DNA of 64,000 bases from NCBI GenBank assembly GCA_963840855.1, contig CAWJBB010000030.1, positions 32,001-96,000 of the forward strand, read 5' to 3'. The position numbers and the translations under genes are program-made. The number at the start of each line of letters is the position of its first letter. The stretch's first letter is position 1. Below are positions 18,845-28,451 of the stretch, piece by piece. Below the pieces are notes generated by a model that worked only from the letters and a program-made list of their open reading frames with translations, was not told where the DNA came from and did not search any database. The DNA is from an uncultured delta proteobacterium (GTDB lineage Bacteria; Desulfobacterota; Binatia; UBA9968).

Positions 18845-19150
18845 TTACGTGGGTTTAAGGAAATTAGCGATGGTCGCCACGATAAACGAGCCGACGAAGC
18901 CGATGATGAGATCAAACAGCCAGGAAAATTGGGGTATTAGTTCCAAAAGTTCCTTGAGCCCGAGAAGAAATACGAGGAATTGACCCAGGAAGAAACCGAG
19001 TAAGCCGACGACGATAAACAACAGACTAATGCCCTTCCAGTCGGAGGCGACGGCCTTACAGGCGGCGAAACCCGTGATGAGGACTATGATTATAGTCGCC
19101 GCCAGATTTTCCTGCATATATAAAAGAACTTCCCGCGCTGTTTGTTCCAC
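18845..19150 (-). CDS. Small membrane protein (GlsB/YeaQ/YmgE-like)
   Basis: Three hydrophobic segments; follows thiE directly. Confidence 0.6.
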   Translation of the reverse strand: MEQTAREVLLYMQENLAATIIIVLITGFAACKAVASDWKGISLLFIVVGLLGFFLGQFLVFLLGLKELLELIPQFSWLFDLIIGFVGSFIVATIANFLKPT

Positions 19151-19151
19151 G

Positions 19152-19781
19152 TTACGATCTCTCGAGGAGTTTTAGAATCGTCTCAGCGGCTAATTTGGGA
19201 TCAATCGCCGCCATGACCGCGGAGATCAAGGCAACTCCCCTAACGCCCGCGACCACGACCGCCCCGACGTTATCCGGTTTGATTCCGCCTATAGCATAAA
19301 CGGGCAAGGCAACATTTTCCACTATTTTTTTTAACGCTGGCAGTCCCTGGGGGGCGCCATAGGCAGCCTTCGTCGGCGTGAAATAAACCGGACCGAATAA
19401 AACAAAGTCGGCGCCGCGCCGTTCTGCCTCCCTGGCTTCTTCAACGGAATGTGTCGATGCGCCGATCATGCGATCAGCGCCCAACAGCTCGCGCGCGGTC
19501 TCAATGGGAAGAGACGTTGTTCCCAGTTGCACGCCGTCGGCGCCAACGGCGCGGGCGACATCGATCCGATCATTAATGAAAAGCGCGGCTTGATAGCGGG
19601 CGCAAAGGGCGCGGACTTTTTCCGCGAGCAGAAACAATTGCTTGCCGTCAAGATCTTTTTCTCGAAGTTGGATGGCTTTGACGCCGCCGTCGAGTGCCTG
19701 CTCCAAAACCCAGAGCATATCTCGTCCCTGGGTCTGACTTCGGTCGGTGACCAGATAAAAGTCGAAATCAGGAGTAGGCAC
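19152..19781 (-). CDS. thiE: Thiamine phosphate synthase (ThiE/TenI family)
   Basis: IQLREK, INDRIDVA, GASTHS, GPVYFTPTK, AIGGI; lies in the thi operon. Confidence 0.85.
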   Translation of the reverse strand: MPTPDFDFYLVTDRSQTQGRDMLWVLEQALDGGVKAIQLREKDLDGKQLFLLAEKVRALCARYQAALFINDRIDVARAVGADGVQLGTTSLPIETARELLGADRMIGASTHSVEEAREAERRGADFVLFGPVYFTPTKAAYGAPQGLPALKKIVENVALPVYAIGGIKPDNVGAVVVAGVRGVALISAVMAAIDPKLAAETILKLLERS

Positions 19782-19790
19782 TTGAGGCGA

Positions 19791-20564
19791 TTATCCCAGG
19801 ATTCCTTCCAGTGGGCTGGAAGCGGTGGCGTATAGCTTCTTAGGAATCCGCCCCGCCAGGAACGCCTTTCTGCCTGCTTCGATGCCGAGTCGCATCGCTT
19901 CGGCCATGAGAATCGGGTCTTTGGCGCCGGCGATAGCGGTGTTCATCAAAACACCATCGCACCCCATCTCCATGGCCATGGCTGCGTCCGACGCCGTGCC
20001 GACACCGGCATCGACGATTACGGGAACGGTTGCCTGTTCCAGGATGATGCGGATGTTGTACGGATTTCGAATTCCGAGCCCCGAGCCGATGGGAGCGGCG
20101 AGCGGCATCACCGCAGCGCAGCCGATGTCTTGGAGCTTTTTCGCGGTGACCGGATCGTCGGTGATATAAGGGAGGACGACGAATCCTTCTTGCACCAGGA
20201 TTTTCGCGGCTTCCAGAGTCGCCGGAATATCCGGGAAAAGCGTCTTATCGTCGCCGATAACTTCCAGCTTGACCAACTTCCCTACCCCCGCCTCGCGCGC
20301 CAGGCGGCAGGTGCGCACGGCGTCGTCGGCGTTATAGCAGCCCGCGGTGTTAGGGAGGATTGTGTATTTCTTCGGGTCGAGATAGTCGAGCAAGTTTTCT
20401 TTATTCGGATCGGTGATATTGACGCGGCGCACGGCGACGGTGACGATATCCGCGCCGGAGACTTCGATGGCCTTTTTGGTCTCGGCAAAGTCTTTGTATT
20501 TGCCGGTGCCGACGATGAGCCGGGACCGGTATTTGACGCCCGCCAATTCAAAATGATCTTCCAT
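19791..20564 (-). CDS. thiG: Thiazole synthase
   Basis: [35 protein letters not shown]. Confidence 0.97.
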   Translation of the reverse strand: MEDHFELAGVKYRSRLIVGTGKYKDFAETKKAIEVSGADIVTVAVRRVNITDPNKENLLDYLDPKKYTILPNTAGCYNADDAVRTCRLAREAGVGKLVKLEVIGDDKTLFPDIPATLEAAKILVQEGFVVLPYITDDPVTAKKLQDIGCAAVMPLAAPIGSGLGIRNPYNIRIILEQATVPVIVDAGVGTASDAAMAMEMGCDGVLMNTAIAGAKDPILMAEAMRLGIEAGRKAFLAGRIPKKLYATASSPLEGILG

Positions 20565-20568
20565 AGTT

Positions 20569-20769
20569 TTAACCTCCGCCCACGAAGTGGACGATCTCAA
20601 GCGCGTCGCCTTCTTTCAAGGCCGTGGACCCATGCGCCTCGCGGGTAATTATATTACGATTGAGTTCCACGACGACGCGGCCCGGCCGGATCTGAAGCTC
20701 GTCGAGTAACGCCGCAAGGCTCAGTCCCTCTTTGATTTCTTTCTCTTCGCCGTTAATCCGTATATTCAT
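20569..20769 (-). CDS. thiS: Sulfur carrier protein ThiS
   Basis: 66 aa ending EIVHFVGGG. Confidence 0.96.
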   Translation of the reverse strand: MNIRINGEEKEIKEGLSLAALLDELQIRPGRVVVELNRNIITREAHGSTALKEGDALEIVHFVGGG

Positions 20770-20775
20770 TTGCAC

Positions 20776-20827
20776 AAAAAAACCGTATTCGCGACGGCCA
20801 TCCAACGGTGGCCAGGGAATACGGTTT
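20776..20827 (-). terminator. Intrinsic terminator (riboswitch expression platform)
   Basis: aaaccgtattc...gaatacggt stem followed by a run of T, just before thiS. Confidence 0.8.
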
Positions 20828-20869
20828 CAAGTTTGCCCCGTGGCGCGGTTACGCCGGGGCCATCACTCT

Positions 20870-20966
20870 CACGCTTCCCTACGCCGGCGCTAGCCGGATC
20901 AGGTTCGAAGGGTTGCCTGATGAAGGGTCAGGCTCTCAGTCCGCTAAGACAGACACCCCTAGCATG
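20870..20966 (-). ncRNA. TPP riboswitch
   Basis: catgctAGGGGTG...CTGAGA...ACCCTTCGAACCTGATCCGGCTAGCGCCGGCGTAGGGAAgcgtg upstream of thiS. Confidence 0.95.
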
Positions 20967-21063
20967 GGAGAACCCTTAACAAAGGGAAGAAATCAAGTCA
21001 AATTGTGGGCTCTGCTCGCAGTCATGAACCTACCCAGAATCAGCGCGCAGTTCCGCCCAAGTG

Positions 21064-21909
21064 TCAAAGCCCAACGGCGACGCTGGCGTAGCCGACGACT
21101 TTTCTCATGGGAGCCACATCGCCGGAATGGCAATGCTTCAGCAGCCGTGCCTGTGTTGCGCCCAAAGCTTTGGCGGCGCAGAGCATGACCGCCGTCGGCA
21201 GAACTCCGCACATACTGATTCGTTTCTCCTCAACGATCTCAAGCAGGCCAGCGGCATCCAGCGCAATGACTCGTTCGAGCGCCAGATGATCCAGCTCCTC
21301 GGTTTCTCTCGGTGAGAGATAGTGACTGAGATCGCTGCTCGCCAAGACAACGGCCCTGTGCCCGGAAGCGACTTCCGCCGTGCAAGCCGCGGCGATGGCC
21401 GAGCCGAGCTCCGCGCATTCGTCCAAATCCAGGCGCGAAAGCGAAATGGGGAGGAAAGTAAAATCCTCCAAGACCCGCGGCAAGAACGGCAACTGCACTT
21501 CGATGCTGTGTTCCTCGGCGTGGGCGTCGTCGTCGCGCGTTAAAAACTTGACCCGCGCTGCGAGAAAATCATTCAGCGCGGTGTCGACGGAAACCTCTCC
21601 GGAGGGAATTTGCCAACTCTCGCGACGGCTCAGCGCGGCGCGATGCCCCCGTGCCCAATGATTTACGCCGAGCAGAATGACGCGCTGGATGGATTTGTCC
21701 AGCGTTGCATAGAAATGCGCCGCGCAGGGGCCCGAATAGACATAGCCGGCATGGGGCACCATGCCGGCTATGAGTGTAGTTGAGGGGGACCGGATTCCTT
21801 TCGGCCCCAACGGACTGTCGTTGAAGCACTCGTCGATGAGTCCACTGAGTTCGTCCGGATTGGACGGATAGAATGAACCGGCCACTGCCGGTGGTCGAGG
21901 GCGGTTCAT
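21064..21909 (-). CDS. amrB: MEMO1-family protein (AmmeMemoRadiSam system protein B)
   Basis: PAVAGSFYP, PHAGYVYSG, EHSIEVQLPFL, SSDLSHY, SMCG, VVGYAS. Confidence 0.93.
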   Translation of the reverse strand: MNRPRPPAVAGSFYPSNPDELSGLIDECFNDSPLGPKGIRSPSTTLIAGMVPHAGYVYSGPCAAHFYATLDKSIQRVILLGVNHWARGHRAALSRRESWQIPSGEVSVDTALNDFLAARVKFLTRDDDAHAEEHSIEVQLPFLPRVLEDFTFLPISLSRLDLDECAELGSAIAAACTAEVASGHRAVVLASSDLSHYLSPRETEELDHLALERVIALDAAGLLEIVEEKRISMCGVLPTAVMLCAAKALGATQARLLKHCHSGDVAPMRKVVGYASVAVGL

Positions 21910-21929
21910 AACTTCCAGCTCTAGGCCCG

Positions 21930-22874
21930 CTACGGCGCTGCGATCACCACTTCCAGCGTACCGATGCCTTCGACTTCGCCCTCTACTTTGTCGCCGGGAT
22001 TGAGAAATACCGGCGGCGTGCGCGCGAAGCCGACGCCGGAAGGCGTTCCCGTGCTGATAATGTCTCCCGGCTCCAGCGTCATCCCGCCGGACAGAGATTC
22101 GATAATCGTCGGTATGTCGAAGATCATGTCGCGGGTATTGCCGTCTTGCATGACTTGGCCATTGACCCGGCAGATGAGCCGCACCTGTTGCGGGTCGGGC
22201 ATGGCGCTCTTATGCACGATCCAGGGACCGAGAGGGCAAAGGGTGTCTAAGGCTTTGCCTTTGAACCACTGGCCGTGGATGCGCTGCAGCTCACGCGCGG
22301 TCATATCGAGGCAGACCGTATAGCCGAAGATGAAATCGTAGGCTTTAGCTTTGGGAATGTCGCGGCCTTTCTTGCCGATGATCACGGCGAGCTCGACTTC
22401 CCAATCGAGCTTGTCCGTTACTTTGTGTTTGATCACCTTGCCCAGATGGCCAATGACCGACGTCGCTGGTTTGGTGAAGAATACCGGATAGTCGGGGTAC
22501 TTGATTTCCAGGGACCGCGCTCTGGCGCCTTCATCGACATGCTCGCGATAATTGATACCGAGCATCATGCAGTTTTTTCGCGGCGTCGGGATCGGCGAGA
22601 TGATCTTGGCCTGGTTGGGTTTCACCAGAGCGCCGGCGGCGCTGAGTTTTTTTTGCGCGTCGGGGTTTTTTTCCGCGACGTATTTTTCCGCTTTCTTGGC
22701 TGTTTGAACGGCCTTGCCGCCGGCCTCGATAAACGCCTGCATGCTCGCCAAAAAAGGCTGATTGCCGCCCTTTAGATAACGGCGATTGACCTCGGCGAGA
22801 TCGATGATCTGCTCCTGCGGACCCACAAGGCCGAGCCGCTGTTGATTCTTGCGTGTGAAAGTAACTAAGCGCAT
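21930..22874 (-). CDS. Fumarylacetoacetate hydrolase family protein
   Basis: GINYREH, DWEVELAVIIG, WFKGK, TGTPSGVG. Confidence 0.93.
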   Translation of the reverse strand: MRLVTFTRKNQQRLGLVGPQEQIIDLAEVNRRYLKGGNQPFLASMQAFIEAGGKAVQTAKKAEKYVAEKNPDAQKKLSAAGALVKPNQAKIISPIPTPRKNCMMLGINYREHVDEGARARSLEIKYPDYPVFFTKPATSVIGHLGKVIKHKVTDKLDWEVELAVIIGKKGRDIPKAKAYDFIFGYTVCLDMTARELQRIHGQWFKGKALDTLCPLGPWIVHKSAMPDPQQVRLICRVNGQVMQDGNTRDMIFDIPTIIESLSGGMTLEPGDIISTGTPSGVGFARTPPVFLNPGDKVEGEVEGIGTLEVVIAAP

Positions 22875-23041
22875 GAAACCCTCCGCAATAGAAGTTTTTC
22901 TCTCAGGCTTCGACGCCCGGGTGATCGGTGCGATTGAATTGCTCCTCGGACAGCTATCCGAGGGTATGATAATTGTCAAGGATATTTACCGGGCTGATGG
23001 AAATATTTGCCTGTTGACAGCGGCAATGGTAGTTTTCGGCC

Positions 23042-23269
23042 ATGAAACGAAAAAAGGATAGCCGCACCACGATGAGAGAAGGGGACCGCATTCTGATCAA
23101 TAAGGGGATCTCCAAGAAAGTCATGATCATCGCGCGGGTCGAAATACCTCATTCCAACGAAAGAATTTTTGTCACCAAATCCGGCGGCAAGTACACAATC
23201 GGCCTTAAGGTGTGGAGGTCCGACTACGCATGGAATGATAAGAACCAGATGTGGATGCCGAAACGTTGA
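23042..23269 (+). CDS. Small basic hypothetical protein
   Basis: 75-aa ORF in an intergenic gap, preceded by TTGCCT-17-TAGTTT. Confidence 0.55.
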   Translation: MKRKKDSRTTMREGDRILINKGISKKVMIIARVEIPHSNERIFVTKSGGKYTIGLKVWRSDYAWNDKNQMWMPKR

Positions 23270-23385
23270 GGCGATGTACAAACGCCCGTTTCGTGCATTG
23301 CTAAAGCGCTACACGTCGCACAAGGATGGAGTATCGCCATAGTGGACTCTGCGAGATACCGAGATCCAAAAGTACCCGGCGCCCA

Positions 23386-24756
23386 ATGAAACGCGATCTT
23401 ACGAGCGCAATGACCGAGATCAAAAACGGCAAAGGAGCCCGTTGCCTGCTGCTTTTTGGCGATGACCTGCAGGTTCAAGAAACCTGCGCAGCGGTTATCG
23501 ACCTCCTGGTTTCCAAGGAGCAGCGGGGCTTCAATCTCGAGCGTTTCGACGGCCGCGTCGCGCCATGGGAACAGGTGCACGCATCGCTGATGACGCCGCC
23601 GTTTTTGCCGGGAATCAAGGTCTTATGGATCGAAAACGCCCCTTATTTCATATCCCGGGAACAAAAAGGCGAACTGGGAGAGAAGATCTTGCAACTCTGG
23701 GGTGACGGGAAGCGGGAAGAAGCAGGCAAGCTCTTGATCGACTTGCTGGTCGTCGAAGGATGGACCCAAGAACAGTGGGAGCGAACGGAGCCCGGCGCCG
23801 CGCGCGAGCTGGTTAAACTGCTCGGCGTCGAGGACGGCGGAGGCCAAAAAGAGCTGGAGGAAGTAGACGCGCTCCTGGCTTCTTGCAAAAGCCAGGGAAT
23901 TGACATGAGCCGGCGCCGGGGAGTCGAGGCGCAAGGGCTCGCGGAGTTACTTGAGCGAGGATTGCCGGAATGGGGGTTCTTACTGCTCACCGCGGTGCAG
24001 GTGGACCGGCGCATGCGCCTGTACAAGCGTTTCGATGAGCTGGGCGCGGTGTTTCATCTCGGCCTTGAGCGAGACCGGAGCGGCAGGGTAAGCCGCGAGA
24101 ATCTTTTGGAGTTCATCAACCAACGCATGCGCCAAGCCGGAAAAACCATGGAGCCCCAGGCGCGGGAAATGATCGTTCAGCGGGCGGCTTCCGATCTTAG
24201 AAACCTCAGTCAAGAATTGGAGAAGCTTTTCTTGTATGCCGGTGAGCGCGCCGCAATCCGGGCGCAAGATGTGGAAATGATATTCACGGACCAAGGCGAA
24301 GGCTGGGTCTTCGATCTCACCCACGCCATCGGCGAGCGCGACCCCTGGGCGGCGCTTTCCCAGTTGGCCCGCCTGATTTCTCGCGGCGAACATCCGTTGA
24401 AGCTCCTGGGCGCCATCGCCAGCGAAGCGCGCCGGCTGCTCGCCGCGCGCCAATTGCTTGACGGCGAGCTGCACGGGCGCTGGAGGCCGGGCATGTCGTA
24501 TTCGCAGTTTCAGCAACGGGTGTTGCCGCACGAAGCGCCGTTGCTCACGCGTAATCCCTACGGCGACTATATGTGTTTATTGCGCGCCGAGCGGTTTTCC
24601 CTGAGCGAGCTCTGCCGGTACATGGACGGTATTCACGACGCCGATTTCCGGCTGAAATCGAGCGGCGGCAATCCGCGGTTGGTGATGGAGCGGCTCGTCC
24701 TCGGCATGTGCCTGGGCGAAAAGAAAACAACGGCGGCGGCGAGAGCGGCGCAATGA
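23386..24756 (+). CDS. holA: DNA polymerase III subunit delta (long form)
   Basis: LLFGDD, FNLERFDG, TPPF, QELEKL, VFDL, DFRLKSSG. Confidence 0.85.
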   Translation: MKRDLTSAMTEIKNGKGARCLLLFGDDLQVQETCAAVIDLLVSKEQRGFNLERFDGRVAPWEQVHASLMTPPFLPGIKVLWIENAPYFISREQKGELGEKILQLWGDGKREEAGKLLIDLLVVEGWTQEQWERTEPGAARELVKLLGVEDGGGQKELEEVDALLASCKSQGIDMSRRRGVEAQGLAELLERGLPEWGFLLLTAVQVDRRMRLYKRFDELGAVFHLGLERDRSGRVSRENLLEFINQRMRQAGKTMEPQAREMIVQRAASDLRNLSQELEKLFLYAGERAAIRAQDVEMIFTDQGEGWVFDLTHAIGERDPWAALSQLARLISRGEHPLKLLGAIASEARRLLAARQLLDGELHGRWRPGMSYSQFQQRVLPHEAPLLTRNPYGDYMCLLRAERFSLSELCRYMDGIHDADFRLKSSGGNPRLVMERLVLGMCLGEKKTTAAARAAQ

Positions 24757-25286
24757 GAGCGACCAAAGCGGCCGCAATCGTCATTGTCCTCTTAACCTAC
24801 GCGCCCGCGACGGCCGAGATGGTCGTGCAAGCCTGTTTCAGCCCGAGGGGCATGTGCGCCGGGCATCTTCTGCGCGAGATCGGGCAAGCCAGAAAGGAAC
24901 TTTTGGTGGCGGTTTACGCGTTTACCAGTGATGAACTTGCCGGGGCGCTGGCGCAGGCCAAGAAGCGAGGGGTTGCGGTGCAAGTCGTTCTTGACCGCGA
25001 ATTCGACGCGCGCAGCGAAAAATCCAAGGGCAAATTTTTGGAAGGACAAAAGATTCCCGTCCGGCGCGTTTCCGGATTGAAGCCCAATACACCCGAGAAA
25101 GATGCGGGGCTGATGCACCAGAAATTCGCCGTCATTGACCGGAAAAATGTTTTTACCGGCTCTTATAACTGGACCCACTCGGCCGAAAGCTTCAACGATG
25201 AGAATCTTTTGCTCTTCCGGGATGCCGGGGCGCTGGCGGAGGAGTATCGGAAAATATTTTTGGAGCTCTGGGAGCGCAAGTCATGA
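24753..25286 (+). CDS. Secreted single-domain phospholipase D/Nuc-family protein
   Basis: Signal peptide; CFSP; HQKFAVID...TGSYNWT...NDEN. Confidence 0.9.
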   Translation: MRATKAAAIVIVLLTYAPATAEMVVQACFSPRGMCAGHLLREIGQARKELLVAVYAFTSDELAGALAQAKKRGVAVQVVLDREFDARSEKSKGKFLEGQKIPVRRVSGLKPNTPEKDAGLMHQKFAVIDRKNVFTGSYNWTHSAESFNDENLLLFRDAGALAEEYRKIFLELWERKS

Positions 25287-25810
25287 ACAAAATCTTCCCC
25301 ACCGTGGCTTTCGGTTTGGCCATCGCCTTCATGGGGGGATTCTTTACTCATTTCCTCTACCAGCGCTGGAATTCACCCGGGGCACAGGTTGGGGCCGCAG
25401 GCGTTGCGCGCCCGGCGAGCGAAGGCATCGCGCTCGAACCCCAGAGCCACCAGGTGACGTTTTCGCCCCTGACGCCCGCCCCCACAGCGGTGGAGTTGCC
25501 GTTGATGCAAGCGCGGGATGTAGACCGGATACGGGGCCTCACCGGCAATCGGGCGCGCATCCGCGGCCGAGTTTTTCGCGTCGGCCATTCGGCCAAAAGC
25601 AATACCTATTTCTTGAATTTCGGCCCTTCACGCGAAGCGCTGACTGGCGTGATATTTGCGTCAGCCGTGGAGTCATTCGATAAAAGAAAGCTCGCGCCAA
25701 AAAGCTATGAAGGCAAAGAAATCGAAATTGACGGCGTGGTGAGGGATCATCCTCAATACGGGTTGGAGGTTATCCTAGAGGATCCGGCACAAATTCGGAT
25801 CATCGATTGA
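25283..25810 (+). CDS. Membrane-anchored OB-fold protein
   Basis: N-terminal TM helix; TYFLNFG...VIF...YEGKEIEIDG...EVILEDPAQI. Confidence 0.7.
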   Translation: MNKIFPTVAFGLAIAFMGGFFTHFLYQRWNSPGAQVGAAGVARPASEGIALEPQSHQVTFSPLTPAPTAVELPLMQARDVDRIRGLTGNRARIRGRVFRVGHSAKSNTYFLNFGPSREALTGVIFASAVESFDKRKLAPKSYEGKEIEIDGVVRDHPQYGLEVILEDPAQIRIID

Positions 25811-25882
25811 GAGGGCGGCGCGGGAAAAGAAGGATGAAAGCAGAAGGATGAATGGGACAGTGTCACGCAAAGGAAATGATTC

Positions 25883-26062
25883 ATGGCCGATGCAAAAAAA
25901 AGATGTATGATCTGCGCCAAGGAAGCAGCGGTGCTCAACGGTGGTATCTGCGAGCCCTGCCAGGATCGCATTCGGCGTGAAGCGATGGGCCAACAGGCGG
26001 GTATCAGCGAACGCGCCGATAAGGAATTGTCCAAACATGGAATAACCCCGGCCAAGAAATAA
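25883..26062 (+). CDS. Small CxxC...CxxC zinc-binding protein (59 aa, absent from the ORF track)
   Basis: MADAKKRCMICAKEAAVLNGGICEPCQDRIRREAMG...; aagga RBS upstream. Confidence 0.7.
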   Translation: MADAKKRCMICAKEAAVLNGGICEPCQDRIRREAMGQQAGISERADKELSKHGITPAKK

Positions 26063-26245
26063 AACAGACGATGAGCGCGCTAGCATGGATTTCCAGGGTG
26101 TTGAGTATCGCTCGGGCGCGGCGGCCGCTTGGATGTCACAGTGAATGATTTTGCTAACTTCGCCTCTCTTTTGCTGCCTGGCTGGTAAAAATTTGCCATA
26201 AAGTCCCGATTACTTTTCTAGAGACTACACAAGTATACGTACCGG

Positions 26246-26254
26246 TGTTATAAT
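26246..26254 (+). promoter_or_regulatory. Extended -10 promoter for the dac gene
   Basis: TGTTATAAT. Confidence 0.6.
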
Positions 26255-26294
26255 GCGGTTCTATTTCGCTTTTGGCAGCGATATATGGGTGATT

Positions 26295-27269
26295 ATGCAA
26301 TCCGTACCAGGGAGGTTTGTCGATCTGCGTCGTAAAAAGTTAATACCATTTGGCCCGGTTCTGACGGCATTCCTAATCCTATTCACGGTTCCTTCGGCCT
26401 GGTCTTATTCCCCTGAAGACGAGCTAACTGCACGGGCGGCGATCCTGGTGGACGCGGCCAGTGGCAAGATTTTGTATCAACGGGAGCCAGATCTACGCTT
26501 ACCTCCAGCCAGCACTACCAAGGTGCTCACCGCGATTGTGGCTCTGGAAAGCGGTCACAAACTCAACGAGTTACTGACCGTATCCAAAGCCGCGACGCGG
26601 GTGCCGGCGTCGAAACTCTACCTTCGACCGGGCCAGCAACTCACTATAGAAGATCTGTTGTACGGTCTGCTGCTTTCCTCGGCCAATGATGCAAGCAACG
26701 TGCTCGCTGAAGGCATTGGCGGGTCGGTTGAGCAGTTCGCCGAGTTGATGACCAAGAAAGCGCACCTGATCGGCGCTACCAATACCCATTACACCAACCC
26801 GCACGGACTGACGGCGCCGGATCACTACTCAACCGCTAGGGATTTGGTGACCATTTTCCAATATGGCATGAGAAACCGAACCTTTAGCGCCATCGTGCAG
26901 ACCAAAATCAGTTCGGTAAACTCCAGTGCCATGGTACGGAAAAAGGTCGTGCCCCGGCGCATATCGGTGCGTAATCATAACCGTCTACTGTGGAACTTCG
27001 ACGGCGCCATCGGCGGCAAGACGGGCTACACCCACGCCGCCCAAAAATGCTTCGTCGGCGCGGTGCAAAGAAACGGCGCGACGCTGCTCATCGCGATCCT
27101 CGGATCGCGAAATCTCTGGGGCGATACGCGACATTTGCTGGAGTATGGGTTCGACAATTACGAAACGCTCAAGACCGCCGCCCATACCACAGGCCGGGCT
27201 TCGTCACCCCACGGCCTCGGCGCGGACGCGAGGGCGGCGGCATCACCCCGGAAGGCGACGTTAAGTTGA
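26295..27269 (+). CDS. dacA: D-alanyl-D-alanine carboxypeptidase (peptidase S11)
   Basis: PASTTK (SxxK), SAND (SxN), GKTGYT (KTG); exact start uncertain. Confidence 0.9.
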   Translation: MQSVPGRFVDLRRKKLIPFGPVLTAFLILFTVPSAWSYSPEDELTARAAILVDAASGKILYQREPDLRLPPASTTKVLTAIVALESGHKLNELLTVSKAATRVPASKLYLRPGQQLTIEDLLYGLLLSSANDASNVLAEGIGGSVEQFAELMTKKAHLIGATNTHYTNPHGLTAPDHYSTARDLVTIFQYGMRNRTFSAIVQTKISSVNSSAMVRKKVVPRRISVRNHNRLLWNFDGAIGGKTGYTHAAQKCFVGAVQRNGATLLIAILGSRNLWGDTRHLLEYGFDNYETLKTAAHTTGRASSPHGLGADARAAASPRKATLS

Positions 27270-27544
27270 GCGCGCCCGACGGATACATACTCCAACTGGG
27301 GGCATTTCGCGAGCGTGAACGCGCCGAGTTCCTGGCGCGACAGTTCTTGCAACGAGGCTTGGAAGCCTTTCTCGATAAGGTGGTGCCCACGACAGGCGAA
27401 ACGACTTATCGAGTACGCGTGGGTCCCTATTCGGCACGCAGCGAAGCTGAAGAGATCGCCAAGGAAATATTGCAACAAAGCGGGCACCAGGCCATTATTG
27501 TCCCCGCCGAACCGCCGCGCGATTCGAGAGGCCGGCCCAGTTAA
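27266..27544 (+). CDS. SPOR domain, probably the frameshifted C-terminus of the carboxypeptidase
   Basis: YILQLGAF...YRVRVGPY SPOR motifs in a different frame; no signal peptide of its own. Confidence 0.7.
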   Translation: MSAPDGYILQLGAFRERERAEFLARQFLQRGLEAFLDKVVPTTGETTYRVRVGPYSARSEAEEIAKEILQQSGHQAIIVPAEPPRDSRGRPS

Positions 27545-27603
27545 GTTCCCGCAAGTGTCGCGACGAACTTGCTTTTAGCCGCCGCCATGCGAGTTAGGAG
27601 ACG

Positions 27604-28326
27604 CTAAGCAAGTAATCCGATACCGCCCATCAGACCCGCGAGTTTGGTTTTGGCGACGTTGTGGTCCCAGATTTTCTGAACAACTGAATCTTTTCGCCGC
27701 CCTTTCATCGTCCGCTGTGTCTCATCATCATTGTACACCCGCACCGGTCCCAGGAGCGAGGCTTTATAAAATCTCGAAGCCGCTTCCTCGAGATCGACGC
27801 AGGCGGCAAAAACCCATTCGATTGCCTGTCCAACCACCATCGAGCCGTGCCCGCGCAGCATGACTGCGTCGGCCTTACCCAAGGCCTTGGCGACGGCGTC
27901 GCCTTGTTCATTGGTGTGAATCAGAGCCGGGTCCATATAGAGTGGCAACGCACCGGGACCGAAAAAGGCGCCGGGGTTCGAGGAGGCCGGATAAAAAGGC
28001 TTGTCCACCATGCTGAGGACCGCCACCATATGATTATGCAGATGCGCGACGCTTTGAATATCAACGCGCCCCTTGTAGGCACGGGCGTGCATATAGACTT
28101 CCGAGGGCGCCTGGTACTTTCCTTCGATCAATTTGCCGTCAAAGTCCGTCACGACCATGTCATCCGGCACCACCGTCGCCCGGCTGATCGGATGAGGCAG
28201 AATCAAGAGATGATCCGAGCCTGGAATACGCACGCTAATATGTCCGCTGTAGTCCACCAACCCGGAATTGAAGAGCATGCGCGACGACATGGCTAGTTTT
28301 GTTTTGAGTTCCGATAGTTCCGACAC
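27604..28326 (-). CDS. Class II aldolase/adducin family protein
   Basis: GHISVR, PSEVYMH, VAHLH, MLRGHG. Confidence 0.9.
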   Translation of the reverse strand: MSELSELKTKLAMSSRMLFNSGLVDYSGHISVRIPGSDHLLILPHPISRATVVPDDMVVTDFDGKLIEGKYQAPSEVYMHARAYKGRVDIQSVAHLHNHMVAVLSMVDKPFYPASSNPGAFFGPGALPLYMDPALIHTNEQGDAVAKALGKADAVMLRGHGSMVVGQAIEWVFAACVDLEEAASRFYKASLLGPVRVYNDDETQRTMKGRRKDSVVQKIWDHNVAKTKLAGLMGGIGLLA

Positions 28327-28451
28327 GATACTTCTCCTCTCTTTGAAACTGGTTTTTGTGGTATATCTTTCCGTGCATCAGAGGTCAACGGGACAGAGAT
28401 GGAATCCATCCACAAACATCCGCGCAAAGTTGACAAAGGGAGAAAACGTTG

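Noticed and set aside
20808-21188. ORFs across the thiS leader
   Set aside because: The region is explained by the TPP riboswitch and its terminator on the minus strand.
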